From contig CAMOTR010000060.1 of the NCBI GenBank assembly GCA_946625945.1, positions 6,510 to 70,509 of the forward strand: DNA of 64,000 bases. The letters are read 5' to 3'. Made by a program: the position numbers and the translations under genes. The notes under the pieces are model-generated. The model was not told the origin of the DNA, searched no databases, and saw only the letters and a list, made by a program, of their open reading frames with translations. Of the stretch, positions 35,816 through 46,348 are shown in pieces; within the stretch, counting starts at the first letter, position 1, and each line of letters opens with the position of its first letter. The DNA comes from an uncultured Lachnospiraceae bacterium (GTDB lineage: Bacteria > Bacillota > Clostridia > Lachnospirales > Lachnospiraceae).

Positions 35816-37492
35816 TTATGCTCCTAACCCCAACCGATTGATCGCCGAGAAGATTGCCCGCACAGAGGCTCTGGTGATGTTGGAGCTCACACCCACGCCG
35901 TAAGTCACACGGCCGGTGTCGCTGTCCAGAAGGTGAATATACGCCGCCGCCTGAGAGTTTGCACCGCTCTGCATTGCGTGCTCTTCGTAATCAAGCACCT
36001 TAATGCGAATGCCCAATTCCTCTGTAAGTCCTCTCTGCACCGCGTCGATCGGTCCGTTTCCGACCGCCTCAAAGGTCTTTTCCACACCTTTATTGGTATA
36101 TACAACCGTCACCTTCGTATCAAACTCCGTCTTCACGGAATCGCTCAGATCATCCACGCGCAGTTTTCTGAAGTGGATGGGCTCCTTCTGATCCAGGTAC
36201 TCCTGGCGGAAGGTATCCATGATCTTGTCAGGAGAAACCTCGCCCTGTGCCTCTGAAATCTTCTGGATCACATTTGCGAACTCCTTCTGCATCGCCTTCG
36301 GCAGCTTGAATCCAAAGTAGGTATCCATCACAAATGCCACGCCGCCCTTGCCGGACTGGGAATTGATACGCACGATCGGCTCATAATCCCTGCCAATATC
36401 AGAGGGATCGATGGGCAGATAAGGCACCTGCCAGATCTGGGTATTTCTCTCCTTCATCGCCTGCACACCCTTGTTGATAGCATCCTGATGAGAACCGGAA
36501 AATGCGGTAAATACCAGCTTTCCGGCATAGGGATGTCTCGGATGGATAGGAATCTTGCAGCAGCGCTCATAAATCTCGATGATATCGTTCACCTTTTCAA
36601 TATTCAACTCAGGATTGATCCCCTGGGAGAACATATTATATGCGATATTCAACACATCCACATTACCGGTACGCTCGCCGTTTCCAAACAGTGTTCCCTC
36701 GATCCGGTCTGCACCTGCTAACAATGCCAGCTCCGCGGTAGCGACGCCGGTTCCTCTGTCATTGTGAGGATGTACACTGATGATCAGACTCTCACGATTC
36801 TCCAGATGCTTGATCATCCACTCGATGCGGTCGGCAAACACATTGGGCGTGGTCATCTCCACCGTGGACGGCAGGTTGATGATCATCTTGTTCTCTGGGG
36901 TGGGCCCCCACTCTCTGATCACAGCATTACAGATCTCTGCCGCGAACTCCGGCTCCGTGCCGGTAAAGCTCTCCGGCGAATATTCCAGAATGATCTTGCC
37001 TGGGAACTTTGCCGCACGCTCTTTTACCATGCGGGTTCCTTCCAGCGCAATATCAATGATCTCCGGCTTATCCTTGTGGAATACCACATCTCTCTGCAAG
37101 GTGGATGTGGAATTATAAATATGCACCACCGCCTGCTTACAGCCTTCGATGGATTCAAATGTCCTGTCGATCAGTTCCTCACGGCACTGGGTCAGCACCT
37201 GTACCACTACATCATCCGGGATCATCTTCCGATCCACCAGCTGGCGCAGGAAATCGAACTCGATCTGGCTTGCTGCAGGAAAGCCGATCTCAATCTCCTT
37301 AAATCCCAGTTTGATCAGGAATTCAAACATCTCAATCTTCTCACTGACCACCATGGGATCGATCAGCGCCTGATTGCCGTCTCGCAGATCCACGCTGCAC
37401 CAGATGGGCGCTTTGGTGATCTCCTTGTTCGGCCATTCCCGCTCAGGATAATCCATGACCGGATTCTTTTGATATCTCTGATAATTCAACAT
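35816..37492 (-). CDS. leuA: 2-isopropylmalate synthase (type 2)
   Basis: DLRDGNQAL, HPHNDRG, GNGERTGN, FSGSHQDAI, regulatory domain GNGPIDA. Start moved to ATG 37492. Confidence 0.95.
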   Translation of the reverse strand: MLNYQRYQKNPVMDYPEREWPNKEITKAPIWCSVDLRDGNQALIDPMVVSEKIEMFEFLIKLGFKEIEIGFPAASQIEFDFLRQLVDRKMIPDDVVVQVLTQCREELIDRTFESIEGCKQAVVHIYNSTSTLQRDVVFHKDKPEIIDIALEGTRMVKERAAKFPGKIILEYSPESFTGTEPEFAAEICNAVIREWGPTPENKMIINLPSTVEMTTPNVFADRIEWMIKHLENRESLIISVHPHNDRGTGVATAELALLAGADRIEGTLFGNGERTGNVDVLNIAYNMFSQGINPELNIEKVNDIIEIYERCCKIPIHPRHPYAGKLVFTAFSGSHQDAINKGVQAMKERNTQIWQVPYLPIDPSDIGRDYEPIVRINSQSGKGGVAFVMDTYFGFKLPKAMQKEFANVIQKISEAQGEVSPDKIMDTFRQEYLDQKEPIHFRKLRVDDLSDSVKTEFDTKVTVVYTNKGVEKTFEAVGNGPIDAVQRGLTEELGIRIKVLDYEEHAMQSGANSQAAAYIHLLDSDTGRVTYGVGVSSNITRASVRAIFSAINRLGLGA

Positions 37493-37563
37493 GCTTGGTT
37501 CTCCTCTCCAAATGTAAGCCCTTACGCCAAAACAGCCCACCCAATGGATGAGCTGTCAATCAA

Positions 37564-37827
37564 TCATTCTCCCAGACCGTTTTCCACAGCTGTGATCAAG
37601 GCTTTCAGAGCTTCCTTCTCGTCTTCCCCTTCACATACAAATTCAATCTCATCACCACATTTGACACATGCTCCCAGCACACTGAGAACACTCTTTGCAT
37701 TCGCCGTACTATCCCGAAACGTAAACGTGATCAGCGACTTAAACTGCATTGCCTCCTTGCACAGGATACCCGCCGGTCTCAAATGCAAGCCAGTTGGGTT
37801 CTTAATGACTACTTTCTGACTCACCAT
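37564..37827 (-). CDS. ptsH: HPr-family phosphocarrier protein
   Basis: GLHLRPA (His15) and NAKSVL (Ser46). Confidence 0.85.
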   Translation of the reverse strand: MVSQKVVIKNPTGLHLRPAGILCKEAMQFKSLITFTFRDSTANAKSVLSVLGACVKCGDEIEFVCEGEDEKEALKALITAVENGLGE

Positions 37828-37958
37828 ATGCACGCCCTCCAATCCCCGTACCGCACAGACCCCTTCTTATGTCCACACCCCTATGGACATCTTCTCTGCG
37901 GCACTCATACATCTTACTATAAATATAGCATGATTGAAATAGATAAACAAGTAATTTT

Positions 37959-39236
37959 TTATTCCTCTGATTCTTTGATTGTTATCTTTACCGTAACTTC
38001 ATTTTTGATCGTAACATTCTCTTCCGGTTCAAATGTCACCGGAACAGTATATGTACTGCCGATCCGCAGCTTTTCAATCTTATGCTCCTCCATCCACGCA
38101 CCTACATCGATCTTTCCTTTGATCCCGCTCTGGCGCAGGGCCTCTATATCCTCTTTCAGCCCGCTTACCTCCAGTGTGTATGTGGATTCATCTGCTGTAC
38201 TGATCTCCACTTCATATCCGCCGGGAACATTACTTACCGCAATGTCCTCCAACGCACCCTTGAGAGACCGCTCCACAACCTGCTCCACCGGAACCGTCAC
38301 TGTGATCTTGGGTGAAAACGTATTATCGGCAAGCTTTGTATTGTCAGGCAGATACTCCCGGATATCAAACGTAAAAGTCTTATCCTCCGTCGTCCCTGCC
38401 ATATCCAACACCTCGGAAGGGATCGCAATAGATGACACTCTGGACAACGTATACACAGATCCCGCCAGCTTCACGACACTGACATCGGCGACAGGCTCTC
38501 CCGAAACCATATAACCCTGCTCCGGCTCTCCGGAAGTCGCAAACTGCAGGGGAACTTCCTTAACCGCCAGCACCTCAACCGACATCTTCACATGATTCAC
38601 ATTTTTGGAAATCTTGCTCTGATCGATCTCCTCCCCCTGTACATTATACAGGGAAATATCCACATTTGCCGTCAGATTGGAGGTCGCATCCGTCACGTCG
38701 ATCTCCGCCCCTGCATACCGGATCTGATCCACAATGGATTTGGGTCCGGACACCTCAATCCGGTTCTGATCAGGGGTCAGGTTTGTGACCGCAAATCCTT
38801 CCGCCACCTCTCCCGTTGTCTTACTGGAGAGAGAAACATATTTGCTGGCTTTCTCCTCGATATTCAGCTTGACATAATCATGGCTTCCGGTCACGGTAGC
38901 CCCGGTAACGGTAGAAACAGAAAAATCGATCGGCACGGTATTGATATCCGTAAGCTTACTGATGTCCGCTTCCGCCGTAATATCACTGCTGCGGATCTGG
39001 GAAAGCACGCTCTTGGGCGCATATACGGTAACCTTCACCACATTGGTGCCGTCCAGAACCTCATACACTTTATTCTCTTCATCCAAAAGCTGGGTGTTCG
39101 TCAGTCTGACGATCACATTTCCCATATCCTGATCGTCCTTCGGATCCCCGATCTCCACCACCAAAAACCACAGAAGAAACGCCAGGAAAAGCGATATGAG
39201 TTTTAACAGCCAGTTATTCAGTAATCTTTTCAACAT
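37959..39236 (-). CDS. cdaR: CdaR/YbbR diadenylate cyclase regulator
   Basis: NWLLKLISL...LWF anchor and repeated YbbR domains; directly downstream of cdaA. Confidence 0.88.
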   Translation of the reverse strand: MLKRLLNNWLLKLISLFLAFLLWFLVVEIGDPKDDQDMGNVIVRLTNTQLLDEENKVYEVLDGTNVVKVTVYAPKSVLSQIRSSDITAEADISKLTDINTVPIDFSVSTVTGATVTGSHDYVKLNIEEKASKYVSLSSKTTGEVAEGFAVTNLTPDQNRIEVSGPKSIVDQIRYAGAEIDVTDATSNLTANVDISLYNVQGEEIDQSKISKNVNHVKMSVEVLAVKEVPLQFATSGEPEQGYMVSGEPVADVSVVKLAGSVYTLSRVSSIAIPSEVLDMAGTTEDKTFTFDIREYLPDNTKLADNTFSPKITVTVPVEQVVERSLKGALEDIAVSNVPGGYEVEISTADESTYTLEVSGLKEDIEALRQSGIKGKIDVGAWMEEHKIEKLRIGSTYTVPVTFEPEENVTIKNEVTVKITIKESEE

Positions 39237-40095
39237 CCTTCGCTTTATTCCTTCCTTTCCGTTTCGGCTTGTTCTCTTCTGTATCCATCTTCATATTCTG
39301 CATCAGAACCGTCCGCAGCGTTTCCGCATCCAGATTCCGGTTCAACTCGCCCTCATACGCCACACTGACTTTACCCGTTTCCTCAGAAACAATAACCGTG
39401 ACTGAATCCGTCGCCTCGGAGATCCCTACGCCGGCCCTGTGTCTGGTACCCAGTTCCTTGCTCAGCGCCAGATTATCCGACAGCGGCAGATAACAGGTTG
39501 CGGAAACGATCCGATTCCCACGTATAATAACCGCTCCGTCATGCAGCGGTGTGTTTTTCTCAAAAATATTGATCAGAAGCTGGTTGGTTACCAGCCCGTC
39601 GATATCAATGCCGGTACGCTCATAATTTTCCAATGATACATTTTTTTCAATGACGATCAGGGCTCCGGTGCGCACCTTGCCCATCTCCATACACGCCTTC
39701 ACGATCTCCCGGATCGTCTCCTCCGAGAAGCCTTCTTCCCGCTTCACCGAATCGGGGATGATACTGCTGAGAATGTTCTTTCTCCCCAGCTCCTCCAGAG
39801 CACGGCGCAGCTCCGGCTGCAGGATCACAACCAGTGCCGTCACGGCGATTCCCAGAACATTCTGTGCCATCCATAGGATCGTGTTCATCTTAAACAGAGA
39901 AGCAATCAGCAAGAAAACGCAGATGACGATGATACCCTTTAACAGAGTCCAAGCCCGTGTGGCCTTCATCCAAACAAGAACATAATACACCAAAAGGGCG
40001 ATGATCAGAATTTCCAACACGTCGCCCAGGTCCATTATCGTTCCGTAAATTGTGAAGTTTCTCACATACTCTATCATCTCATCAAAACGTCGCAT
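39214..40095 (-). CDS. cdaA: Diadenylate cyclase CdaA
   Basis: Three TMs, QPELR, HDGA, GTRHRA, VSEETG. Confidence 0.95.
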   Translation of the reverse strand: MRRFDEMIEYVRNFTIYGTIMDLGDVLEILIIALLVYYVLVWMKATRAWTLLKGIIVICVFLLIASLFKMNTILWMAQNVLGIAVTALVVILQPELRRALEELGRKNILSSIIPDSVKREEGFSEETIREIVKACMEMGKVRTGALIVIEKNVSLENYERTGIDIDGLVTNQLLINIFEKNTPLHDGAVIIRGNRIVSATCYLPLSDNLALSKELGTRHRAGVGISEATDSVTVIVSEETGKVSVAYEGELNRNLDAETLRTVLMQNMKMDTEENKPKRKGRNKAKDVEKITE

Positions 40096-40098
40096 GCT

Positions 40099-41178
40099 TT
40101 AAAACAACTCCTCGTCATCCTCATATTCATCCTCATCATCCAGATCCGTGATCGTCACGCTCCGTCTGCTGCCTGCCCCGTTTTTACTGCTGCCGGTACT
40201 TTTGCTGCTTCTTGCGCTGTCCGAACTTCTGCCGGAATATCCGGCCGGCACTCTCTGCTGGTTGATCTTCTTCACCGTCTTGGCCGGTGCAGAAACCGTC
40301 ATTTTGGGAACCGCTTTCACATAATAATAATATTCGTCATCTTCAAACTGCACCCGCTCGGTCCGGCTGTGATCCACGCAGAACCGGAAAAATTCGATCA
40401 CCTTTGCAATACCCAACGCTAAAATATTCCCGAAGATCGCTCCGACCACGGAAATATTCGTCTCATAGATCAGATCACCCACAAGCAGGATGATCAGGTT
40501 CAGAACCGCCCCCGCCACCATGGCGATGGTCCAGGAATAGTCAATGGACATCCTGCGCACCATGTAGACCACGATCACCGTGATCACAAAGGCGATCAGC
40601 ATCACCAGCATCGCTTTATTGTCCAACAGCGCATCCACCACAAGCCGGAGTTTTGCTGTTGCATCACCGGCATTCATGGCACTTATGGCAGGCACACTGC
40701 CTTTGATCCCCGCCAGCAGATAATATACGATCACACCGCATGCCACGGAAACCGCCGAAGCCGGCGTTCCCAAAAGTCCCATGGCAATCGGCATCACATA
40801 AGGCAGCTTCAGGAAACAAAGTAACGGCATCAGTACCACAACCAAAGAATCCTTCGGGCTGAACCGAAAATACAACAGGAAAATGACCAGATACACGATC
40901 AGTCCGAATAACGCGATCTCCAGCGACACTGCATACATATGCAGGATGGAAAACAATGCAGCAAACAAAATAATACATCCGGACGGAAGGAACGAGCACA
41001 TCAGCGCTGCAATCAACACAATGGCGATATTGTCAATTTTTTTCATATAACCCATCTGCCCATTGATCACAATCAGAACCAGAAACGCGATCAGGAATTT
41101 GATCACCGGCCGGATGAACATTTCGTTTTTTACATAGATCAGTTTTATTTTATCCCGTAATTCCAACAATGCAGTCAT
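40099..41178 (-). CDS. Hypothetical polytopic membrane protein
   Basis: About 9 TMs; FEDDEYYYYVKAVPK motif; acidic tail. Confidence 0.75.
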   Translation of the reverse strand: MTALLELRDKIKLIYVKNEMFIRPVIKFLIAFLVLIVINGQMGYMKKIDNIAIVLIAALMCSFLPSGCIILFAALFSILHMYAVSLEIALFGLIVYLVIFLLYFRFSPKDSLVVVLMPLLCFLKLPYVMPIAMGLLGTPASAVSVACGVIVYYLLAGIKGSVPAISAMNAGDATAKLRLVVDALLDNKAMLVMLIAFVITVIVVYMVRRMSIDYSWTIAMVAGAVLNLIILLVGDLIYETNISVVGAIFGNILALGIAKVIEFFRFCVDHSRTERVQFEDDEYYYYVKAVPKMTVSAPAKTVKKINQQRVPAGYSGRSSDSARSSKSTGSSKNGAGSRRSVTITDLDDEDEYEDDEELF

Positions 41179-41189
41179 TCTTGTTCTCC

Positions 41190-41579
41190 TCAGCGCTCCT
41201 CATACATGGAACGCAATTTTTTCAGATTTTGTTGATAAGCCTTCAGGCTTCTGCGCGCCTTGGCATACCGATAGGCACATACAAAATAAGAGATCACGCC
41301 ATATACGATGACCATACCGGCATAATACATCAGTACCGTCTTCGCAAAGCTTACCAGATCCATCTTATAAATATCCTGCATAAACACTTCCAGGTCATAA
41401 AAAATATACACCGCAAAAACCAGTGCGAACGCAATTGTCGCACTGAATAAAGCCTTCAATACCTGAAGCGCAATGTAGTCGCTGCGGAAATAATTGACGA
41501 TCTTCATGTTCCGCTTGCCTTCATTCTCTTCGTAGGAGGCCAGTTTCGTCATCAAAATGACTCTATCCTCATTGATCAT
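41190..41579 (-). CDS. Small hypothetical membrane protein (2 TM)
   Basis: RBS AAGGAG; operonic spacing. Confidence 0.75.
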   Translation of the reverse strand: MINEDRVILMTKLASYEENEGKRNMKIVNYFRSDYIALQVLKALFSATIAFALVFAVYIFYDLEVFMQDIYKMDLVSFAKTVLMYYAGMVIVYGVISYFVCAYRYAKARRSLKAYQQNLKKLRSMYEER

Positions 41580-41588
41580 AATTGCTCC

Positions 41589-41996
41589 TTAATCCTGGCG
41601 GAATCTCATCTTCGCCCCGGTATCCTTCTGATAAAGCGTAGGCTGTGTGGGCTTGCTCCTGTTGATCAGGCTCTGCATATTGTTCGCCATGGAGGTTCTG
41701 CACTTGTCACAGAATCTGCCGCTTCGGATGGGAACTCCGCAGCTCTCGCACTCCAGCACCGGTGCCGACCCGGATGCCAGCTCCAGGCGCTCCTCCCGCA
41801 GCCACTGTCTGATCTGCTGTACATCCACCTCACAGTCCTCCGCGATCTGTGGCAGCGTAGCGGTACCGTGATCCTCAATATATTTTTTCACCAGCTGGAA
41901 CTTCTCCTCCAGCGCCTGCCTGCAGGCCGGGCAAAGCATCGGTCCGCTCACATAGTTAAAAATCTTTCTGCATCCCTTACAAGTTCTTACATCCAT
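41589..41996 (-). CDS. YvyF-like flagellar operon zinc-ribbon protein
   Basis: CxxC pairs, WLREERL, CESCG...GRFCDKC; follows comF. Confidence 0.8.
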   Translation of the reverse strand: MDVRTCKGCRKIFNYVSGPMLCPACRQALEEKFQLVKKYIEDHGTATLPQIAEDCEVDVQQIRQWLREERLELASGSAPVLECESCGVPIRSGRFCDKCRTSMANNMQSLINRSKPTQPTLYQKDTGAKMRFRQD

Positions 41997-42048
41997 GGCT
42001 AACCCTCCTATCATCTACCACCCGCATTCCGTCCATGATCCGGCTGTG

Positions 42049-42789
42049 TCATATCCCGGCGCCGCATGCCAGCGCCACAAAATAGACCCGTTCCACGCCG
42101 CCTTCTCTCAACGCGCGCGCCGCTTCATCCATGGTACTTCCTGTGGTGTAGATATCATCCACCATTATAACTGTCTTTAATTTTACATCATTTTCAGAGA
42201 TAATAAAAGCCTTTTTCAAATTATTTTGACGTTCTTGCGGATTTAATAATTTTAAAGGAGTCGTGTCCTTTACCCTGCGCAGAAAATGCTCTGCCACAGG
42301 GATATCCAGCTCCCTTCCCAGCGTCCGCGCCAGAAGCGCCGCCTGATTGTATCCTCTCGCGCGAAAACGCTTTCTGTGCAAAGGAACCGGGATCAGTGCA
42401 TCCGGCTGTACCTCCCGGATAAACTTTCCCAGGTAATAGGCCATCTCTTCTCCGTAAAACTGCGCATACTCCTGCCTTCCCGCATATTTCAGCCGATAGA
42501 TGGAAGCCGCCACACTGTCATATTCATACAATGCCCTGCCTCTGGCAAAAATATGCCCGATAAGACGGCAATCTCCGCACAGTTCTCCCTCTTCCTGCAG
42601 TTTTTTCCCGCATTTCATACAATACGGCGGCACAAGCAGCTTCAGTTTGCCTGCACACTCCGGACAGACCTTTGCGCCGAAAGGCGCAGCGATTTCGTCA
42701 CAGACCGGACATCTGAGCGGAAACAGCAGCTGAACCACAAACCTGCCCGCTTTTTTCAATCCGTCCGCCAAACGCCTCAAATGCTTCAC
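42049..42789 (-). CDS. comF: ComF-family protein (zinc finger plus phosphoribosyltransferase-like)
   Basis: Four CxxC, PVPLH, RGYNQA, VDDIYTTGST. Confidence 0.9.
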   Translation of the reverse strand: MKHLRRLADGLKKAGRFVVQLLFPLRCPVCDEIAAPFGAKVCPECAGKLKLLVPPYCMKCGKKLQEEGELCGDCRLIGHIFARGRALYEYDSVAASIYRLKYAGRQEYAQFYGEEMAYYLGKFIREVQPDALIPVPLHRKRFRARGYNQAALLARTLGRELDIPVAEHFLRRVKDTTPLKLLNPQERQNNLKKAFIISENDVKLKTVIMVDDIYTTGSTMDEAARALREGGVERVYFVALACGAGI

Positions 42790-45008
42790 CCTACCACCTC
42801 ACAGATCCGGTCTTTCAGACCGCTGTATCGCTTGTTCTCATCCACATTGTCGATCATCCCTTCGATGGTCTTACTGCTGCCTAGGATCGTCACGCACTGT
42901 TTTGCCCTGGTAATCGCCGTGTACAGGAGATTCCGGTTAAACAGCATTTTCGGTCCCCCCAGAAGCGGCAGCAGCACCGCCGGATATTCACTGCCCTGGG
43001 CTTTATGGATGGTGATGGCATACGCCAGCTCCAGTTCATCCAGCATACCGAACTCATATGTCACCTGCCTGTGTTCGTCATATTCCACCACCAGCTCTGC
43101 AGCTGCCTCATGGATCTCCAGGATCCGTCCCATATCTCCGTTGAAGATTCCCATCCCCTGGTCCACCGTGATCCCATACTTACCGACGATCTGCCACTCC
43201 AGCTGATAGTTATTCTTGATCTGCATCACCTTATCTCCTTCCCGGAACAGAACTGTTCCATGCAGATGCTCCTGCTTTCTTTCGTCCGGGGGATTCAGAT
43301 ACCGCTGTAAAATACCATTCAGCGTTTCACAGCCCAGCGCGCCTCTGCGCATGGGCGTGAGTACCTGTATGTCCAGAGGCGTCGCCTGCACATAAGCGGG
43401 CAGCTTTCCCTCGATCAACTGGATCATATGCTTGTAGATCACTTCCGCGTAGTCTCTCTCCAGGAAAAAGAAATCCTTCGACCGGTTGTCCAACACGATA
43501 TGCTCGCCCCGGTTGATCTTATGCGCATTGACAATGATATCGCTCTCCTGGGCCTGTCTGAAAATTTTATGCAGCACCGCCATGGGAAACTTCCCGCTGT
43601 CCATGATATCCCGCAGTACTTTGCCCGGTCCCACACTGGGCAGCTGATCCACATCGCCCACCAGGATCAGCCGTGTCCCTGGCACAATGGCCTTCAAAAG
43701 CGCATGAAACAGATGGATATCCACCATGGACATCTCATCAATGATCACCACGTCCGCTTCCAGTGGGGACATCTCATTTTTCTCAAAACGCACCCTGCGG
43801 TTGTCTTCATTCGACAGATCGCTGTTCAGTTCCAACAGACGGTGAATGGTCCGCGCCTCGACTCCCGTAGCCTCCGTCATCCGCTTCGCCGCTCTGCCCG
43901 TGGGAGCTGCCAGCAAAATATCCAGCCCTTCCGCTTCAAAATACCGCATCATCATGTTGATCGTGGTCGTCTTTCCCGTACCCGGTCCGCCGGACAGGAT
44001 AAAGAGCCCGTTCCGTATGCTGTCCATCACCGCTTCGATCTGAAGTTCATCCAACTCCATCCGATGCTCCGTCATCCTGTTTTCCAGGGTCTTACGGATT
44101 GCCGCTTCCTGCGCAGGCATCGCCTCCGCCTCCCACATGGGAAGATTCAGCCTCTGCAGCATCACCGCGCATTCCAGCTCCGTGTAATAAAAGGACGACG
44201 CATAGACATGCTCCTGTCGGATCACCAGTTTTTTGTCCATGACCATATTGTCTATCTGTGCTTCCAGTCCGTCCCGATTCACGCCCAGCAATTCGCCTGC
44301 CCGCTCCAGCAGCAGATCCATGGGCAGATAGCAATGTCCCTCCCCCACGGCCTGCATCAGCACATAAAAAATTCCGCTGCGGATCCGGTAATCGGAATCG
44401 GTATGGATTCCAATCTTGGAGGCAATCTCATCCGCGATCCTGAAGCCCACTCCGGAGATATCCTCCGCCAGCCTGTACGGATTCTCCTGCATCACACTGT
44501 ACAGCTTATCTCCATAGGTGCGATAAATCTTCACCGCCAGCGCATTGGTGATCCCGAACTGCTGCAGATAAACCATGGCATTGCGCAGATCTCTTTTCTC
44601 CTCCATCTGCACACCAATCTCCTGCGCCTTCTGCGCGCTGATTCCCTTGATCTCCGCCAGACGCTCCGGTTCCTCCTCAATGATCCGGAAGGTTTCCTCC
44701 TTAAATTTTTTCACGATACGGGCAGCCAACGCCGGCCCGATCCCCTTGATGGCGCCGCTGGCAAGATACCGCTCCATACTGTCACAGTCATCCGGCGCCA
44801 CAGACCTGTAAAAATTCACCTTAAACTGCAATCCATACTGAGGATGTGTGACATAATCCCCCTCCGCTTCGATCTTCTCTCCCGGCGTCAGATCACTCAG
44901 TGTTCCTCTGCAGGTGACCTCTTCCTCTTCCGTCGTAAGGCACACAACCGCATAGCCGTCCTCACTTTTAAAAAGAAAATGATCCACATAACCACTTATT
45001 TTTACCAT
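42786..45008 (-). CDS. recD2: ATP-dependent RecD-like DNA helicase
   Basis: GIGP, NPYRL, GGPGTGKTT, APTGRAAK, DEMSM, TIHKAQGSE. Confidence 0.95.
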   Translation of the reverse strand: MVKISGYVDHFLFKSEDGYAVVCLTTEEEEVTCRGTLSDLTPGEKIEAEGDYVTHPQYGLQFKVNFYRSVAPDDCDSMERYLASGAIKGIGPALAARIVKKFKEETFRIIEEEPERLAEIKGISAQKAQEIGVQMEEKRDLRNAMVYLQQFGITNALAVKIYRTYGDKLYSVMQENPYRLAEDISGVGFRIADEIASKIGIHTDSDYRIRSGIFYVLMQAVGEGHCYLPMDLLLERAGELLGVNRDGLEAQIDNMVMDKKLVIRQEHVYASSFYYTELECAVMLQRLNLPMWEAEAMPAQEAAIRKTLENRMTEHRMELDELQIEAVMDSIRNGLFILSGGPGTGKTTTINMMMRYFEAEGLDILLAAPTGRAAKRMTEATGVEARTIHRLLELNSDLSNEDNRRVRFEKNEMSPLEADVVIIDEMSMVDIHLFHALLKAIVPGTRLILVGDVDQLPSVGPGKVLRDIMDSGKFPMAVLHKIFRQAQESDIIVNAHKINRGEHIVLDNRSKDFFFLERDYAEVIYKHMIQLIEGKLPAYVQATPLDIQVLTPMRRGALGCETLNGILQRYLNPPDERKQEHLHGTVLFREGDKVMQIKNNYQLEWQIVGKYGITVDQGMGIFNGDMGRILEIHEAAAELVVEYDEHRQVTYEFGMLDELELAYAITIHKAQGSEYPAVLLPLLGGPKMLFNRNLLYTAITRAKQCVTILGSSKTIEGMIDNVDENKRYSGLKDRICEVVG

Positions 45009-45117
45009 GTTCTTAAATTATCCTGACCTTTTGTGTAATTTTCCGAATTTGGATCTGACCGTCCTGGCGGACAAAATTATATAAAAAATAGAGAAAAGAG
45101 GCTTTCAGGTAATACTT

Positions 45118-45480
45118 TTAGGAAATACTTTCAGGATCAACACCCATGTTGCGCTTCATCTGTTCGTAAAGCATCTGCGCAAGACCCAGACTGTTGGATT
45201 CCGTGGACTGCTCCGCCGCATCGCGCACCATCTCGTCCTTGAAATAATCCACCAACTTTGAATTTGCCGAGGAGCTGTCGCTCTCCGGAATAGTCTTCAT
45301 CATTTCCTTGAACATCTGCTCCAGGAAATAGGATTCAAACTTCTTACAGGCATCCATCAGCTCCTCATCCGTGGCACCGCTGTAATCGGACTTCAACTGT
45401 TCCTCCAGCTTTGAAGAAGCTGCTGTGGATGCAGAACTGTATAAATCACTATAGATAGAATTCAGGTTACTGATATCCAT
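45118..45480 (-). CDS. flgJ: Flagellar rod-binding protein (FlgJ N-terminal-like)
   Basis: ACKKFESYFL...MMKT, GLAQMLYEQM; follows the rod genes. Confidence 0.8.
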   Translation of the reverse strand: MDISNLNSIYSDLYSSASTAASSKLEEQLKSDYSGATDEELMDACKKFESYFLEQMFKEMMKTIPESDSSSANSKLVDYFKDEMVRDAAEQSTESNSLGLAQMLYEQMKRNMGVDPESIS

Positions 45481-45497
45481 ATTACTGTCTCCTCATG

Positions 45498-46313
45498 TTA
45501 ACGTTTTAGGTTGTTGGCCTGCTGCAGCATCTCATCCGAAGTTGTAATCGCCTTGGAATTCATCTCATAGGCACGCTGTGCCACGATCATATTTACCATC
45601 TCGTCCACTACCTGTACGTTGGAACCCTCCAGATAGCCGGAGATCACCTTTGTCTTTTTCACAGCAGTACTCGTGGCCTCGTTGATCGCTTCACCGCTGG
45701 CGGAAGTCACGGAATAACGGCTCTCTGACATTTTATACAGACCGTTGGGGTTATTAAACTGGAACACACCGATCTGCACGCCGATGGGCTGCGGATTGTT
45801 GCTTTCGTCCGGATAACAGATATTGCCGTCATTGGACACTGAAATCTGGTTCACGGCGTAGGTCTCATCCAGAATGATCGGTCTGCCCGTAGTATCCAGC
45901 ACCGGAAGTCCCTCCGTGGTCGCCAGCATATTTCCTCCGGTCGCCAGTGTAAAAGTAAAATTACCGTTTCTGGTATAATAATTCTCCCCGTTTGATCCAC
46001 GCACAGCGAAGAAACCGTCACCGTCCAGCGCGAATGAAGTGTTACTCTCCGATGCCAGGAAATTACCGGTCTTAAAAATAGATGAGATGGAAGCATTTCG
46101 CACGCCCAGACCCACCTGCGCGCTGCTGGGCTTGGTGTCCCCGTTTGCCGAAGTGGTCTTGGTCTGCAGATTCTGATAGAGCAGACTCTTGAACTCATTG
46201 ACCTCTGTCTTATATCCTGTGGTGTTGACATTCGCCAGATTGTTCGCCACCGTATCAATATTGGTCTGCTGTGCGATCATTCCCGTCGCCGCCGTCCATA
46301 AACTTCTTACCAT
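45498..46313 (-). CDS. flgG: Flagellar basal-body rod protein
   Basis: ANNLANVNTTGYK, YTRNG, LEGSNV, QRAYEMNSK. Confidence 0.9.
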   Translation of the reverse strand: MVRSLWTAATGMIAQQTNIDTVANNLANVNTTGYKTEVNEFKSLLYQNLQTKTTSANGDTKPSSAQVGLGVRNASISSIFKTGNFLASESNTSFALDGDGFFAVRGSNGENYYTRNGNFTFTLATGGNMLATTEGLPVLDTTGRPIILDETYAVNQISVSNDGNICYPDESNNPQPIGVQIGVFQFNNPNGLYKMSESRYSVTSASGEAINEATSTAVKKTKVISGYLEGSNVQVVDEMVNMIVAQRAYEMNSKAITTSDEMLQQANNLKR

Positions 46314-46348
46314 ACCCTGTACCTTACCTTTCCCGTTTCACCCATATA

